DNA from: Monocercomonoides exilis PA203
Taxonomy: Eukaryota > Protista > Preaxostyla
Direction of reading: 5' to 3'
NCBI GenBank assembly: GCA_001643675.2
Contig: LSRY02000048.1
Coordinates: forward strand, 620,001-684,000
DNA length: 64,000 bases
Each line of letters begins with the position of its first letter. Within the stretch, counting starts at the first letter, position 1. The position numbers were made by a program, and so were the translations under genes. Below the pieces are notes generated by a model. The model was not told the origin of the DNA. It saw nothing but the letters and a program-made list of their open reading frames with translations, and searched no databases. Shown here one piece after another: positions 1-13,600 of this stretch.

Positions 1-3000
1 GAGACATATTTGTTGAGTGCTGGAGCATCGAAAGCCAGATCAATGAAGCTCAATTTCTCCTGGATCTTCGACCAGATGTGTTCAACCGTTTTGATGCAAT
101 CTTCGGATGTGACAATCAAAATCACAATCCGGTTGATCTGACGGATTATGTGACCGTCTACCAGCAAAGCACCATCGTTGTTTCATCATTGCAAGAGAGA
201 AACGGATCAAATGGGCGGCAATGCGGGAAAGTGGATCAACCATGTCTGACTGTTGGGCGCGGGCTGGAGCATCTTGTGATTGACTTCGCTGCAAGGCTTC
301 TGATCGGTGGCCTCAGCGAAATAGACAACGAATGCAACATCACAAACACGGAAATCAAATCTCTTTCACGAGAGAAGGCAAACATCACTTTTCGTTCTGC
401 CCTCAGCATGACTCGCCAGTGCGTGATTTCAGCAGAAAATGAAGCGTCGATCGAAAGTGTGCGCTTCATCCTTCCCCTCACTTTTCCCTCGAGCCACGAA
501 ATATTATTTTCTGTTGTTGATGGAAGAGCTTCGCTTGTTTCATCTGAATTCTGCAGCGAGTCGGATAGCGGTTCAAACGCCCCAGTTCTTGTTTCTGCCA
601 CAAACTGTGAACTCGTTTTGGAGGAAATGACAATACAAAACTTGAATTCCCCAAGAACGATCGAATGCGAAGATGGAAATATCATGATCCACGGATTAGA
701 GCTGGATTTTGTCTGTTCCTCCAAAAGCATGTTGCTGCTGAAGAAGTCAAACGGTTCAATAGAAAAATTGGGGGTTTCAAACTGCATTATGAATGGTGGG
801 TCATTCGTCGAGCTTGTTAACTCATCACCAATGGAGTCATCGACGAAAATGGAATCATTTTCATTCAAAGATATCACCTTCGCAAACGTCTCTTCGTTGA
901 CATCTGCTTCATGCCTTGATTTCTGTGCACCTGAATGCAAACTCTCTCTGTCAAATTGCACTCTTTCCTGCTGCCCTTCAAACGCTGCTGAAGTTGGCAG
1001 TTTGTCTGCATTCTCATGTTGCAACAAGCTCATCGTAGAGTCCTGCCTTTTTCAAGGCAGCATCAATGATGAAAATGCTTATGACCCGCAAAATGGAAAC
1101 AGTCAACTTGAAATTTGCAGTTGGAACGGATCGTTGGTGCACTTTGACAATTGCCTGGCAATCGTAAATGACACAACAGTTGAGCAGTCACCGTTTGGAG
1201 GGATTTCCTGTTCTGGTGGAAGTGTTTCTGTGGACGATGGAAGATTTTGCAACAACAATCCATCCATCCCTCAGTATCCATCTGCTCGAAGAAACATCAT
1301 TTGCTCCAATGCGGGGGCACTGACAATTCTCAGCCTTAAAGGCGGAGACGGCTTGCTTCCAAATACGTCAATGTGGATCCTGAACAATGGATGCAACGTC
1401 TCTGGGATCGCAGAGGAAAGATCGTCTCCATTCTTTATTCCGCAACTGCATTCTGTGAAAACCAATGAATTGAAAAGCGATTTGACGCTTTCTTTCACCG
1501 GATCGCTTCTTCTGCCTTGCAATCTGTCGTTTCAGATAACCTCAAAAACAGGCAATGTCGAATATGTTCAAAAGCATCACTTTTCTGACAAAGGGTTTCT
1601 TTCGGAAAGCGAGGTTCAAGGGTTCGTCTCGTTGTCGGTTTTCAACGAAGCACCAAGTGACACCGACTTATTCGTTTCCATTCTGTATGGCAACCTTGAC
1701 AGTCTTTCGTCTACTGAATCTATCCTCATCAAAAATAAATCAACATTCAATGAACACGAAAGCTTGACGAATAAAGGAACAAACACAATTTCGACTTTTC
1801 CGTTAATCATCATAATTGTATTTCTCTTGCTCTTTTTTATCGTCCTCCTCGGACTTATTGTGTTCGTCGTTCGGTGGAGGAAGGCAAAGAGACGAACAGA
1901 AGAACTGGAGGAGATTGTGAACGACACAGTGAAGAAGGATCCGAAGGCATTTGAGATGGTGACGATGGAGATGTCTCCAGAGGAGCAGTGGAGGAGAGAG
2001 GAGAGAGAGGCAGAGAAGAAAAATGAAGAGAGGATAAAAAAGAGAATATATGAGAAGAGCTTGGAACACTCGGAGTCATCAGAGCACCTTCTGTCTGAGA
2101 GTGGTTCCACTGAATACATTCTTGGAAAGGATTCAGACAAGATTCCAGAATGGGTATTGGAGAAGGTTGAGGAAGAGGATATAAGAAAGCAGACTCCATC
2201 ACCTTCCATATCATCCACTTCAACAACTGATTCAGATTCAACATTTGTTCGAGGAGAGGATCTGTGTCCAACCACCTCGTCGATGTCGAATCTGGTGGAT
2301 GCAATGGCCTGCTCATCGCCTCATGAAAAGCTGATTGTGGACCTGAGAGATTCGTTGTTTATGTTGTTGCATGGAAGGAATGCGAAGAAGGAGATGGCAA
2401 TAGGCACCCTGCAGCAGAGAGAATATACAGCTGCCCAGATCCTGTTTTGGGTGGCGAATGGAGCACTTCACTCGTTTGAAGAAATGGAAATTCCACTTCA
2501 ATCACTTTCTAACCTGAGTCCTTACATTGTGCTGTTCTCTGAACATATGGTCATTTGCGTTGTGATACATTCAGACTTTTTGCCCGATGATTCAGATTCT
2601 TCATCGATTTCTTCATCAACTGTTGCGACATCTGCAAGTGATGATGATGATGACTCTCTGCCATCATCTGCTTTTGAGGAAGAAGATGACTTCAAAAAAG
2701 AGTGCCTGAGGTGGAAGGCACCAGAGTTGATGACCAATAAGAAGATGGGCGCAACAAAGGAGTCTGTGGTATTTTCGATCGGAATGATGCTGTGGGAGTG
2801 CTTGACTCTAAAAATTCCGTTTGGGGAGTATGATGCCGAGGCAGCGGGGCAGAAGATTGCGAATGGAGAGAGGCCAAACTTGCATTGGATGGAGAATTCC
2901 TGCTTGGCAGAGCTGGCGAAGAAATGCCTGTCACAGCTTCCCGCTGACAGACCATCTCTCTTCAATTTGAAAAAGGAGCTATATCAGCGCTTCCCTCCAG

Positions 3001-3089
3001 GAGTCATGATTGTCACAGCATCCGATGCAATTGATTATGTTGAAGACACAAATGGGTATTTCTACGACAGCGGAGGCTCCACATGCTGA
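1..3089 (+). CDS. Cys-rich type-I membrane (surface) protein with C-terminal TKL-like pseudokinase; 5'-partial
   Basis: The frame is open from position 3 (DIFVECWSIESQINEAQFLLDLRPDVFNRF...), so the gene starts upstream of the window. It has a CGKVDQPC module, an ICSWNGSLV motif and a TM helix (LIIIIVFLLLFFIVLLGLIVFVV-RWRK). The kinase C-lobe remnants are RWKAPEL and KESVVFSIGMMLWECLTLKIPF. Stop is TGA at 3087-3089. Confidence 0.85.
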   Translation, partial: DIFVECWSIESQINEAQFLLDLRPDVFNRFDAIFGCDNQNHNPVDLTDYVTVYQQSTIVVSSLQERNGSNGRQCGKVDQPCLTVGRGLEHLVIDFAARLLIGGLSEIDNECNITNTEIKSLSREKANITFRSALSMTRQCVISAENEASIESVRFILPLTFPSSHEILFSVVDGRASLVSSEFCSESDSGSNAPVLVSATNCELVLEEMTIQNLNSPRTIECEDGNIMIHGLELDFVCSSKSMLLLKKSNGSIEKLGVSNCIMNGGSFVELVNSSPMESSTKMESFSFKDITFANVSSLTSASCLDFCAPECKLSLSNCTLSCCPSNAAEVGSLSAFSCCNKLIVESCLFQGSINDENAYDPQNGNSQLEICSWNGSLVHFDNCLAIVNDTTVEQSPFGGISCSGGSVSVDDGRFCNNNPSIPQYPSARRNIICSNAGALTILSLKGGDGLLPNTSMWILNNGCNVSGIAEERSSPFFIPQLHSVKTNELKSDLTLSFTGSLLLPCNLSFQITSKTGNVEYVQKHHFSDKGFLSESEVQGFVSLSVFNEAPSDTDLFVSILYGNLDSLSSTESILIKNKSTFNEHESLTNKGTNTISTFPLIIIIVFLLLFFIVLLGLIVFVVRWRKAKRRTEELEEIVNDTVKKDPKAFEMVTMEMSPEEQWRREEREAEKKNEERIKKRIYEKSLEHSESSEHLLSESGSTEYILGKDSDKIPEWVLEKVEEEDIRKQTPSPSISSTSTTDSDSTFVRGEDLCPTTSSMSNLVDAMACSSPHEKLIVDLRDSLFMLLHGRNAKKEMAIGTLQQREYTAAQILFWVANGALHSFEEMEIPLQSLSNLSPYIVLFSEHMVICVVIHSDFLPDDSDSSSISSSTVATSASDDDDDSLPSSAFEEEDDFKKECLRWKAPELMTNKKMGATKESVVFSIGMMLWECLTLKIPFGEYDAEAAGQKIANGERPNLHWMENSCLAELAKKCLSQLPADRPSLFNLKKELYQRFPPGVMIVTASDAIDYVEDTNGYFYDSGGSTC

Positions 3090-4674
3090 ATGGCGCAAAT
3101 CAATTCAACAAACATTGAGAGAGAATAAAAAATCACTTTTTATAAAGATAGAACAAACATCAATATCTTTGCCGAATCGTGCCTTCAGTTGAGAATAATT
3201 TCTTCGAATTTGAATGTGACAAATTTGTCATGAAAAGGATTGAAGAGAGTTGACAAACCTCGCGTGTGTATTCAAAAGGCCTTCACTGATGGATGATGCA
3301 AAGTTCTTTCCACAATAATAAGTAAATCACCATTTTTTTTCTTTTCATTTTGAGAGGAACTCCACAGGAAGTGAACTCTTTTGTTTGGTGCTTTCGCATT
3401 GTTCTTTGATGTTAGGTTCTTTGATGTTTGTCTGATTTTTTGTGAAAAATTATTCTTTCATCTCATTTGAAAGATTGAAAACACAATCAAAATTCGTTTC
3501 ATTGCTCATCCCTGACAAATATATCTCGCACACTAGAAATTGAAAAGCTTGTTCAAATTTCAGATGCCATCATTCAGCAATCAGATTCAAATTGGAATAT
3601 TCATTTTCATGTTTCAAATGTTTGATAAAATCAGAAAACAAAAACGACTTCAAACTTCTTTTTTCTTTTTGCCAAGAAGCTTTTTTCTCCCCTATATTTG
3701 CTCATTTGTCTGGTACGTTCCATAACTGCAAATTGGAATATTTAGAGCTGCACGAAATAAGAAAAATTCACATTTGCCAAAACAAAACTTGTTTCGATAT
3801 TTCTCGATGTGTTGAATTGGTGCAAAAAGGAAAAAAAGAAAAAAAGAAAAAGAAGCGAAATCAACTCAGTGGCATATTTTCATGGAAGCAAATGACATCT
3901 TCAAAATTACTGAAAAACAAACGAATCAAATACAAATGAATCAATCATCAAAATTCTTCAGAGAAAAAAACAACAAAAAGAAAATCACTTTGAAAAAAGC
4001 AAAAATTAAAGTTTCGATAATGTATGCACGAAAAGGGAGACTTTCATCTCAGATATTTTCGAAGAAAGCCGGTAATTGGCATCATTCATTCTTTGGAGAG
4101 TATCGCACATCGCTTCAATGCCCGCAAGAAAATAATCTTACAGACTCAAGAAGTGTTCAATCTCCATTGATTGCAAAACAATAAAGACAAGATCTCTTTC
4201 ATACCTCACAAAATACAAGCAACAATCATTTCCAAATTGATCATTCAACCATATTTCATAATTGGTGATTATTTTCTTTTTTGTTTTCAATCACATTCAA
4301 TAATAAATTTCCATTTCTAATCAACAAAAAATTCAATGAAAAAAGATTTGTATCATTGTCAAAAATATTTCAAACGAAAGCAATTATTTTTATAAAAGGA
4401 TAACACAATTGTTTTCTTAAAAAAAATTGTTCCTTTTTAACGAACATCCAAGCATTCAAACTTGTGCACTTCTATTGTTTTCTTCACCATTGATATGTTT
4501 CGAAATAAGTTGCAATCAATCGACACTCATTTTTCATTTGGCTAATTGTTTCGCACATGAAACGCTGAAAAAACTGAATAAATGAAATTTAGAAGTTTAA
4601 GAAAGCTATGTATTGACAATAAACTCCTCGTTCGAAATCCATCGAAAAAAGAAGAACAAGTCTTTTGTTCAATA

Positions 4675-6055
4675 TTAAATGAAGTGGAAACAAGAAAAAA
4701 CGTTTTTCTCACACACAAATAAAATAATCAAAAATAGAAGAAATAAAAAAAAAAACGGAAAACCCATTCCTTCAATCACACGATTGTGCAGTCCGATGAT
4801 GGAATCTTCGTATCCTTCTTCTTCCAACTTTTCAAATATCTTTCTTTTCATTTCATTTCTTTTCTCTTTCTCTGTTTCATCTTGCTCCTTTTCCTTCAAT
4901 CTTTTTGATATATTCATCAAGAAATACAAGCAATTACAAATAATTTTGTCGTCCACTGTTCCTCGCTGCATTTCCTCCAAAACAGCATCGACAGCTCCTT
5001 CTTTCAACAAGTCTTCAATTTTCACATCTCTATTTTCTGCTGCATTTCTCAAGGAGCGAATGCACTCAGAGCTAATATCTCTGCAATAATCCTTTGCTGC
5101 TCGATATGTCTGTATAATGCCTCCAAAAAGTATAGCAAGTTCTTCATTCTTCAATCGACAACTTTGAAAACAAATCCCAAGTGTTTCAACCCATCTCAAC
5201 AATGCAAATTCTTCTTTCGCTTCTTCTTTGCTCATTTCCTCTCCTTTTTTTCTCTTCCAATCCATATTCCTTGTCAGCTCTTCCAGTTCAGTAATTGTTT
5301 CTCTTGCAAAATGCAGTTCATTCATAATCACTTCATTCAAGCTTTCATCATTGTCCAATCTGGAGATCAAAAACTCCCAAGCAGATTGATACACAAGTCG
5401 TGTCAGATTTCGACACTCCTGATGAAATAGGATGATTTCTTTAATCTCCTCATAAAAATATTCTTTTTTAATTTTCTATTTCAGAAAAAAATTAAGACTC
5501 ATATGAAAAATAAAAATTGACAAAACATTATCAAACCTCCAGACAGCTAATATTTGCCAAAGCCAATAACGCCATTTCCACTTCTTTTTGTGTTTCCTCA
5601 TTTCCCCCTTTGTTTGAAGCAGCTTTCAGAATGCAAGGCACACATGTCAAAATTAACTCCGAAGAAGCTCACCTGCTCAGCAAAAAATAGCATTCAAAAG
5701 ATCAACAAGCAAACTTCATTTTCTTCATTTTTCTTTTCTTCAATCATTTCATGAATTTTGTTGAACATTTCTTCGTTGATAATAGAAAGCAATTCATCAG
5801 CATTCATTCCATCAACCACTTCATTCATTTCTCCGATTTTCTGTTCCTGCTCAGCGTCAGTGAATTGTTCCAACCCAGAAAACAATTCTTCAAATAAATA
5901 AAGAATAAATTAAATCGAAATAATCAAGAATTCAAATGCAATAATGAGCACAAACCATTGAATCTTGTTCTGGAAGATATCCTCTGTATTTTTGAAAGCA
6001 TATTGCAGACAGAAAACAACGAAAATTCGTCATTTGATTTGAATTCAGATATCAT
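4675..6055 (-). pseudogene. Helical 3-exon family, copy 1 (internal deletion and frameshifts)
   Basis: Exon 1 ends at 5956, intron 5888-5955, exon 2 5537-5887, intron 5476-5536, exon 3 starts at 5475. Family motifs are present (LFSGLEQ...QKIGEMN, QKEVEMALLAL, YQSAWEFLI, KLEEEGYED). Exon 2 is 351 nt versus 497 nt in the intact copies and is frameshifted. The C-terminus is also shifted in a poly-T run; the other frame gives ...SSIFDYFICV*. Confidence 0.8.
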
Positions 6056-9000
6056 TGGAAAGAAGAAATCGGTGCAAAATATTAACTCAAAGCAACCATG
6101 AAAATATAAGTTGTTATGCCATTCTACGTTGTTAGTGATATTTGACAAGGCGTTACAAAGAAAGAAAGAAAGAAAGAAAAAACGATAAATCTTTTTTTGT
6201 GTTTGCAGTAATGGAGATTCAGATCATCAGATTTGAAAGAACAAAAACATTCCTTGCTAAAAAATGAGAGATGGAGAACAAATATTTTCAACAGAGCAAG
6301 CGATATTTTAATGTGTGGCTGTGGATGGTAATGATGGAATTGAGCGAGATGATTTTTATGAAAAGCATCTTTGAAGGAAATTCAACTATTTTTAAAAATC
6401 AAAATATTTGCATGTGTGATTTTTTTATTGTTCCTGTTTGTGAAGAAGATGCTTTTATAAACCATCTTTTCAGAGTCCAAGAATCTGATTAATTTTAAAA
6501 ATGTCCAATTCCTTTGTTTTTCTGAGCTGAGCATAAGAAGCGAGTTGAATTTCGAGAGACAACCAACAGATGGGAAATGCATATTTTATGTTTTCAATAT
6601 GAACAGTTGATGAAAAACAAATGCGATTTCAAAGCATTTTGTTGAGAAGAAAAAAAGAAGAATGCAAACAATTGTGCTGCGCTTGGAAAGAATAAAATTC
6701 GGAGATATTTTTTTCAGGGGAAAAAAAATGGATGAAAACATAGAAAGAAGGATATTTAAGGAGAAAAAAGGATGATGGAGAAAGGAGCGCTGAGAAATTA
6801 TATAAAATGAAGATTGGCAGCATTAGTGATTGAACAATTTTCTACATTTGTTATTGGAAGAGTATGTGTTTTCTTTTGAGGAATTTTTATTATCAATGCA
6901 AAACCAATTATTTTAATATCCTTTTTATATCTTTTTTCCATTTCAACCAACAGCATTTTTTTTATGTTGTGCGTCATTCTCAGGGACAATCCATTTCAAG
7001 CAACATTTTGGTGAGCAATGAGTTTTCTTCTCCTTCTCCTTCTTCTTCGATCTCTTCATTGATGATATTATTGCTTGGCTGATGAAAAGAACATCTTCTT
7101 ATTTAAGAATTTGTTGCTTGGACAGCCATCATATTCTCATGTTGCAACACACAATAAATCAACCTTTTCTTGCTGCTATTGTCTGTTATGAAATTCGAAT
7201 CTGTTTATAATGTCTGCATTTTTTTCAAATGAGTATTGTTCGCCTTTATTTTTCAACTTTCTTCGAAAAAGCAACGTCGAACTCATTTCATTCCATTTCT
7301 CTTTCAACTTCTCTTTCTTCTTTCGTTCTTTCTTTCTTCTTCCTCTTCCTCTGCATCTTCACTTCCTCCTCCTCCTCTTCTTCTTCTTCTTCTTCTTTTA
7401 CAACGCCAATGACTTCATCAATGAAACCTGACATGCATTCTCCCTGCCTCTTTAGCATAGGCGGTATCAGCTGTGCTTTATACTGCTTAAATATTATCTT
7501 CTTCTTCCTCTCCTTCTTTTCCTGCTCCTTCTTTCATTTCACGAAACAGACACAGCCATCCACACCTCTTTTCCTCTCAATTGCACACACATTCTCATCC
7601 TCTTTCGTATTCGTTATTTTCTTCTTTTTCCTCTTTATCATCGTCATCTTCTTCTTCTTCTTCGAATAATTTGAAAAAACCAACGATGAAGGCAACAGAA
7701 TCCAATAAATAAATAAATCAGCCAGTTGCTTTCAAGAAATGCAAGTGAAGAAAGAGAAAGTGATGAGGAATAATTCTTGGAAAGGAGAGGAAGAAAAAGA
7801 AAGAAGCTGATGATGAGGGGAAATCCTTCATTGAATTATCATCAATACAAACAGAAATCAAAAAATCCATCACAAAAAAACGTTTTTCTTTTGCTTCACC
7901 CAAAGCATGCTCAACTTTGTTTCAATTACCATTGAAGAAGCTGTTTTTATTTATCGTGTCTTTTCAACATGTTCGGCAACTGCAAAAGAGGATGTGATTT
8001 GACAAGAGATGTTCATTGCAGAGAAACCAATGTAGAAGATGAAACATTCCGAGAATGTCAGATGAGAAATGAGTGAAGAGACAGGCGTTTCTTCTGATGG
8101 ATGTGCTGTTTGTTGTCAAAAAGAGAAAAAGGCAGGGTTGAAGAGAGATTCAAAAAGGGATGTTCATACATTCTCATCAGCCATTGAAGTCCAATGACGA
8201 GTTTCTGGCTTGCTCCAAGAAGAGAAAAGTATGTGCAAAAGGAAGGAATTTGGACAATGAATATGAATTTCCTTCCTCCCTCTTCGTTCTTTTGGCTGAT
8301 CAGCAGAATTCTCTGATTCATTTCTTCTGGGTTTTTGATGAACTATTGAATATCTTCTTGAATCGTTGTGCTTCCTAGATGCTTCTCATTGCACAGCTGC
8401 CTTCTCAACATTTCTCATCTGATCTCCATTCAATCGAAGAAAAATGAATTTATAGTGTTCAAAATATCTGACGAAAACAAAAGAAAAATATCGTTATCAG
8501 TCATTGTTGCTGTTCCACCAATCATTTATCTTGCCATCCTTGATGTTGGAGATGACCTTCAAGAATTTTCAAAATTTAGTCATTTCGCTGAAAAACCATT
8601 TTGCCATGCTCTTCTGCTGTTTGACTGATTTTCGAATTGAATCGACAATTCCTTTTTGATTTTTGGTCTTTTTTTTCCTTCACAAATCTGATGAATCATC
8701 TTGAATGAAAACTGAAAATTGAAAAACAAGAAAATGATCAAATGAAATTCATTGAGCATGCAATTATTTGTTTTCATTATTTTCAATCTGAACATTGTTT
8801 GAAAACAGTCGAAAAAGCCTTTTCTTTTATGAATTTGATTGTTAAATTTCTTTTTCTTTTTTCTGAAAATCCATATTTCTGTGCAATTGGCATACCCAAT
8901 TTCATACCAATAAAAAACAAACTTAATTTGCAAAACGAAAAAAGAAAATCGAAATCTATTTCATAATTAATTATTATATTGGTTTGATCAAAAAGAAACA

Positions 9001-9208
9001 AAAAATTACCATTTGTCTCTTCACACAGCCAATCCTTGCTGCTTCTTCGAATTTTCTTTTGCACTTCTTTTTATATAACTAAAACAAAACCGTTTTTATT
9101 GCGATCATTTTAGAACCGCAAGATAATCAACGATGTTTGCATTTATCTTTTATTTTGTTGTTAACAAGGCTTTGCCCCTATTTTTGAATATTTTTTGAAA
9201 CAAGCAGA

Positions 9209-10661
9209 ATGAGTTTGTCAAATGATGATAATTCTAAAGATGAAATTCTGACTGCGGCCAGAACAGAACAGTTTTCAAGTTTGCTCCTTTATTTGTTTTG
9301 AACCATTCTGAACATAATTTTTGTTTTTTGAATACCATTTGCAGAATTGTTTTGTGAACTGGAGCGTTGCAATGAAGACGAACAAATGCAGAAAATTGAA
9401 GAGATAAACAAACTTGTAGAAAAAATGAATAAAGAAGAATTTGAATCAATTTTCACGGAAGAACTATTCAATAAAATTCACCAAATGATTGAAGAAGAGA
9501 AAATGTCATTGGAAAATGCAATTTTGCTGCTGAAGCATTTTGGATATAACAAAGCGAAGAAAAGCTTTTTAGATTATGCATTTAGTGTATCTTTTTTGAG
9601 TGATCGATTTGAGAAAATGCTTGTTGATGAAGATAGGAAAAATGAAGAAAAGAACGAAAAGCTACTGGCAGATATTTGTGAATGTTATCTTTTGCTTTGC
9701 CAAAAAAGCATTCCTGATGAATTGCTTTCAATCGCTGTGCCTTGCCTTCTGAAATTTGCCTCGAAGAAAAAGGGAAACGAGGAGGCTCAAAAAGAAGTGG
9801 AAGTGGCGTTGCTGGCGTTGAGCAATATTGTGATGTGGAAGGTCAGATTTATTTTTTCATATATTTTTGAGTTGTTTTTATTTTTTTAATTAGATTATCG
9901 AACAAAAACTGTACTTGAAGGAAATCAAAGAAATTATCGAATATCATCAGGAGCATCACAACCTCACTCAGCTTGCCTATCAGTCTGCTTGGCAGTTTTT
10001 AATTTATCGATTTATTGAAGATAAAAGTTTGGAAGGAATGATTGTGAATGAGCTGCATTTTGTGGAAGAAGCAAGAAGAAAACTGGAAGAGCTAACAAGA
10101 TTCATTGATAGGAAGAAAGAGAAAGAAGAGGATAAAAAAGGAAAAGATACGAAAGAAGAGCTTATTATATTGAGATGGATACAAACATTGAATCGTTATT
10201 TTCTCGATTGCACAATGTGGAATGAAGATTTTATTGAGCATCTTTACGGTATTGTTCAGTTATTTCGAGCAGCAAAGGATAATCACAGGGAAATTGGCAA
10301 TGAATACCTCGAGACACTTAGATTTGCATCAATAAATAGATATATGACAATTGATGGCTTGTTGAAAAGCGGAGCTATTAATCTGTTTTTGGAGGAAATG
10401 AAACAATCGACTTTGGATGATGATATTACGTGGAGTTGTTTGCATTTCTATTTGAATATTTCAGAAAGATTGAAAGAAAAGAAGAAAAACGAAATGGAAG
10501 AAGCAGAAAGAAAAGTGTTGAAAAGAAAGATATTCGAAAGGATGGAAGAAGATGGATTTGAAGATGAAATTGCAAGCCTTTATGGATTCATGTCTTTTCA
10601 AAACGAAAAACATCTTGAAGGTTTTTCGTTGAATATTTCTGATTATTTTGTGAATGTTTAA
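9209..10661 (+). CDS. Helical (ARM/HEAT-like) 3-exon family protein, copy 2, intact, about 444 aa
   Basis: Exons 9209-9278, 9345-9841 and 9894-10661 join in frame through GT-AG introns (phase 1, phase 0). The protein reads MSLSND...TEQFSKLFCELERC...QKEVEVALLALSNIVMWK|IIEQKLYLKEIKE...YQSAWQFLI...DYFVNV*. Confidence 0.85.
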
Positions 10662-13600
10662 CCAAATTCTTTTCAATAAAAATTGAAAGTCCAAAATTAT
10701 ATTCTCTTTTCTTTTTTATTCATTTCACAAAATGGGAGGAAAACAAGAATTGAATAATTTTATTGATTTTCTTTCCTTTTTCAAAAAAATGAAAAATATG
10801 ACATTCTTTTCTTTTCAATTTGTCCATCAAGAATCTTCATTGAATGGATTATTTCCATCCATCTTCTTCAAAAAGATTCATTTTGAACAATGATTTTTGT
10901 TGTTAAGTTTTTGTCTCTTGTATTTTCTTTATTTGTTTTTCTTTTTCTCCGTCTCGCTTCATTTTCAAACAATTTCTTGGAGAAGAATGTGATGAAGTTT
11001 CTGGTGAAAAATGCAAAAGCATTAAAGAAGAAATGCTCGGAGAAGAATCCAGTTGTCGACGCCTTTTGTTCAAAATATAACAGAAAAAATCTGACAACGA
11101 AGAAGAATGAAAATCTTATTCAAAAACAGATTGACTGAAGAAATAATATAACGATTGAATTCTGTTTTCCTCCTCCTCCTCCTCCTTCTATTTCCTCTTC
11201 CTCCTTCTCTTCTTTTTCTTCCTTTCTCTTTTTCTCCTTCTTTTCCTCCTTCGTTCAAACATCTTCAAAATCGGGCAAATCGCAGAAATGCAAGAATGCA
11301 TTTCAGAGAACAAGTAAATCATGATGATTTTTAACATTCAAATGAAAATGAGAAGAATAATTAAAAACCTAACTCACCACTTTCTTCTTCTTCTTCCTCT
11401 TCTCGCTCCACCTTTTCTTCTCCTTTTTTCAATTTTTCTCATCTTTTTCTCCTCCCTCCTCCAACACCACCAGCGCTATCACTGCATGCTGCAGAGCCTC
11501 ATCTTCCATCCTTATCCCCATTTCCTCCAGTGCCTTCTACGCTGTCTCATCTATCCTTCACACACAACAATCCTTCCCATGACTTTAATATACATCTTTA
11601 CCTCCAAATTTCTTGATTGATGCATTTGTGAAAAGAGCGGCTCAATCACAGAGTGTAGCAACGAAGGATTTAATAGATCGAAAATTGACAGGAACATATT
11701 CACATCCACCGATGTGAAGATCCGCTTTCTACTCGAATTGTATTTATTTATACCTTTCCGAAAAAGCCAGAGCAACAAACGGAACGAAAAGCATCTATTT
11801 ATGCTCCACTCCTTTTACACGCAGACAACACCCCTGTTTGGAGCAATTCGCCAAGCTCCAATGCAGCCACACAACCTTGTGAATTCCCGATTAGACTGAA
11901 TCAGCAGCGACATTAACACATTACATTCTTTCGCTTAAGATACTACCAGCTGCATAATCTGCAAATATCTCTCCCCATTCTAATGTCATTTTTATTCTGA
12001 AACGCGAAGGTTTGATAGCTTGTGTGGATGCTGATGTTAGATACAATTGGCGAAGAGAAAACGGCTTTGCTGTTCCGACAATAAGATTATTTTTGAGATT
12101 CTTTTAAATTCCAAGATGCAACAACAACTGAGGCACAAACACAACATCCATTCCAGTATCAGTAATGTGTTTATGTTTTGCGATGGTGCATTGTCTCTGA
12201 GCATTGAAAAAATAAAGAACATTACTGCTTCAGAAGATAAATACACATGAAATGGATAAAAGCAAAATACAGATGTGGAAAAGAAAGCAGTTTTAAATGC
12301 AATTCATGAATGAATAAAAAGTGGAGAGACAGGTTCTTTTCTCATATTTTCATTGTCAGGCGCTGTTCAATGACAAATGATTTGTTGAATTTCATTTTTC
12401 AATCTTCATTCCGAATTTAAAAGTTCAATCAACAAGAAAAATAAAATTCAATAACAAAAAGAATTTCATTGATGAATTTCTCACTCCAAAAAAATAAAAA
12501 ATAAAATAAATAAAATAAAATAAAATAAACCGCATTCTAATGGATGAATGAAAATGCAGTAATTAAATTAAATATCTGTGAGGAACAAATTGTTGAAGTC
12601 CAACTATTTCCAAAAGTACTTTGAAAAAAAAGTTTAAAGAATGTAACAAAAATTGTAAAGAATAAGTGAAATAATAATAGAGAAGAGCAAAAAAATTATG
12701 CATTATGAAATTTGCAACTGATGATGAAAAAAGATTTTTTTTGAGGGATAAATGTTAAAAATTTATAGTTTTCAAAAAGAATGAACAATTTCGAAAAGAA
12801 AATATTCGAAACATTTATTTTTTAAACCAACAATTTCTTATTAAACGTTGCAAACCCAGAAATATTTGCTTTTTTGAAGGTGACTGTGAAATCGCAAAAT
12901 GAATTCAAAACAAATAATAAATTCGTTTTCGAAATATTCGTTGAATATTCGCATCAAAATAATTAAAAACACCAAATCAAACATCTAATAACACATGAGT
13001 CCAAAAATCTTCATTTTTCATCAATGTCTTTTGCATCAGAACAAACAAATCTATGAAACAAAATATTCTTGTTTTTGTGTAAATAAATAAGGGTGAGTAA
13101 CTTTTAATTATATAAGTGAAGATTTTTGATTGATGATTTGCAACGATTAGAACATGTTTGAGGTTTGTGCGCACAACCACAGATGCACCCATGCGAGTTA
13201 TAGCACTGCAGAAGGGCAAGGACTTTTCTTGCGGATGGAGGAGCGAGTGGTTGTTTGCATCGATTTCTTGCAAAAAGTGAATTTGATGGGGTAATTTGCA
13301 TGTAATTTAAACTTGGTCATATATTGCAAAACATATGGAACAACATCAACTGCGATATTTTGAATGAAAAGTAATTCAAGCAAGAGCAGAAAAAACGCAG
13401 AATATTAGAAAGATTGAATTGAACCGTTTGTTCAATTTGTGGAAAGTTCAGTGCACTTGGCATAACTATTGCGCAGGATTTGTTTTCAATGATTTTTTGG
13501 GGGAAGGTTTGTTTCGTGGAAAAGGAAAGGGAATTGGAGGGTTGAACAATGGAGGAAGCAATCAGAGGAGACACTCAGCGGGCCTCAACGACAATCTCAT

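Noticed and set aside
6900-8640. Short ORFs and E/K-rich remnants
   Set aside because: Probably decayed coding DNA, but no consistent frame or recognisable family.
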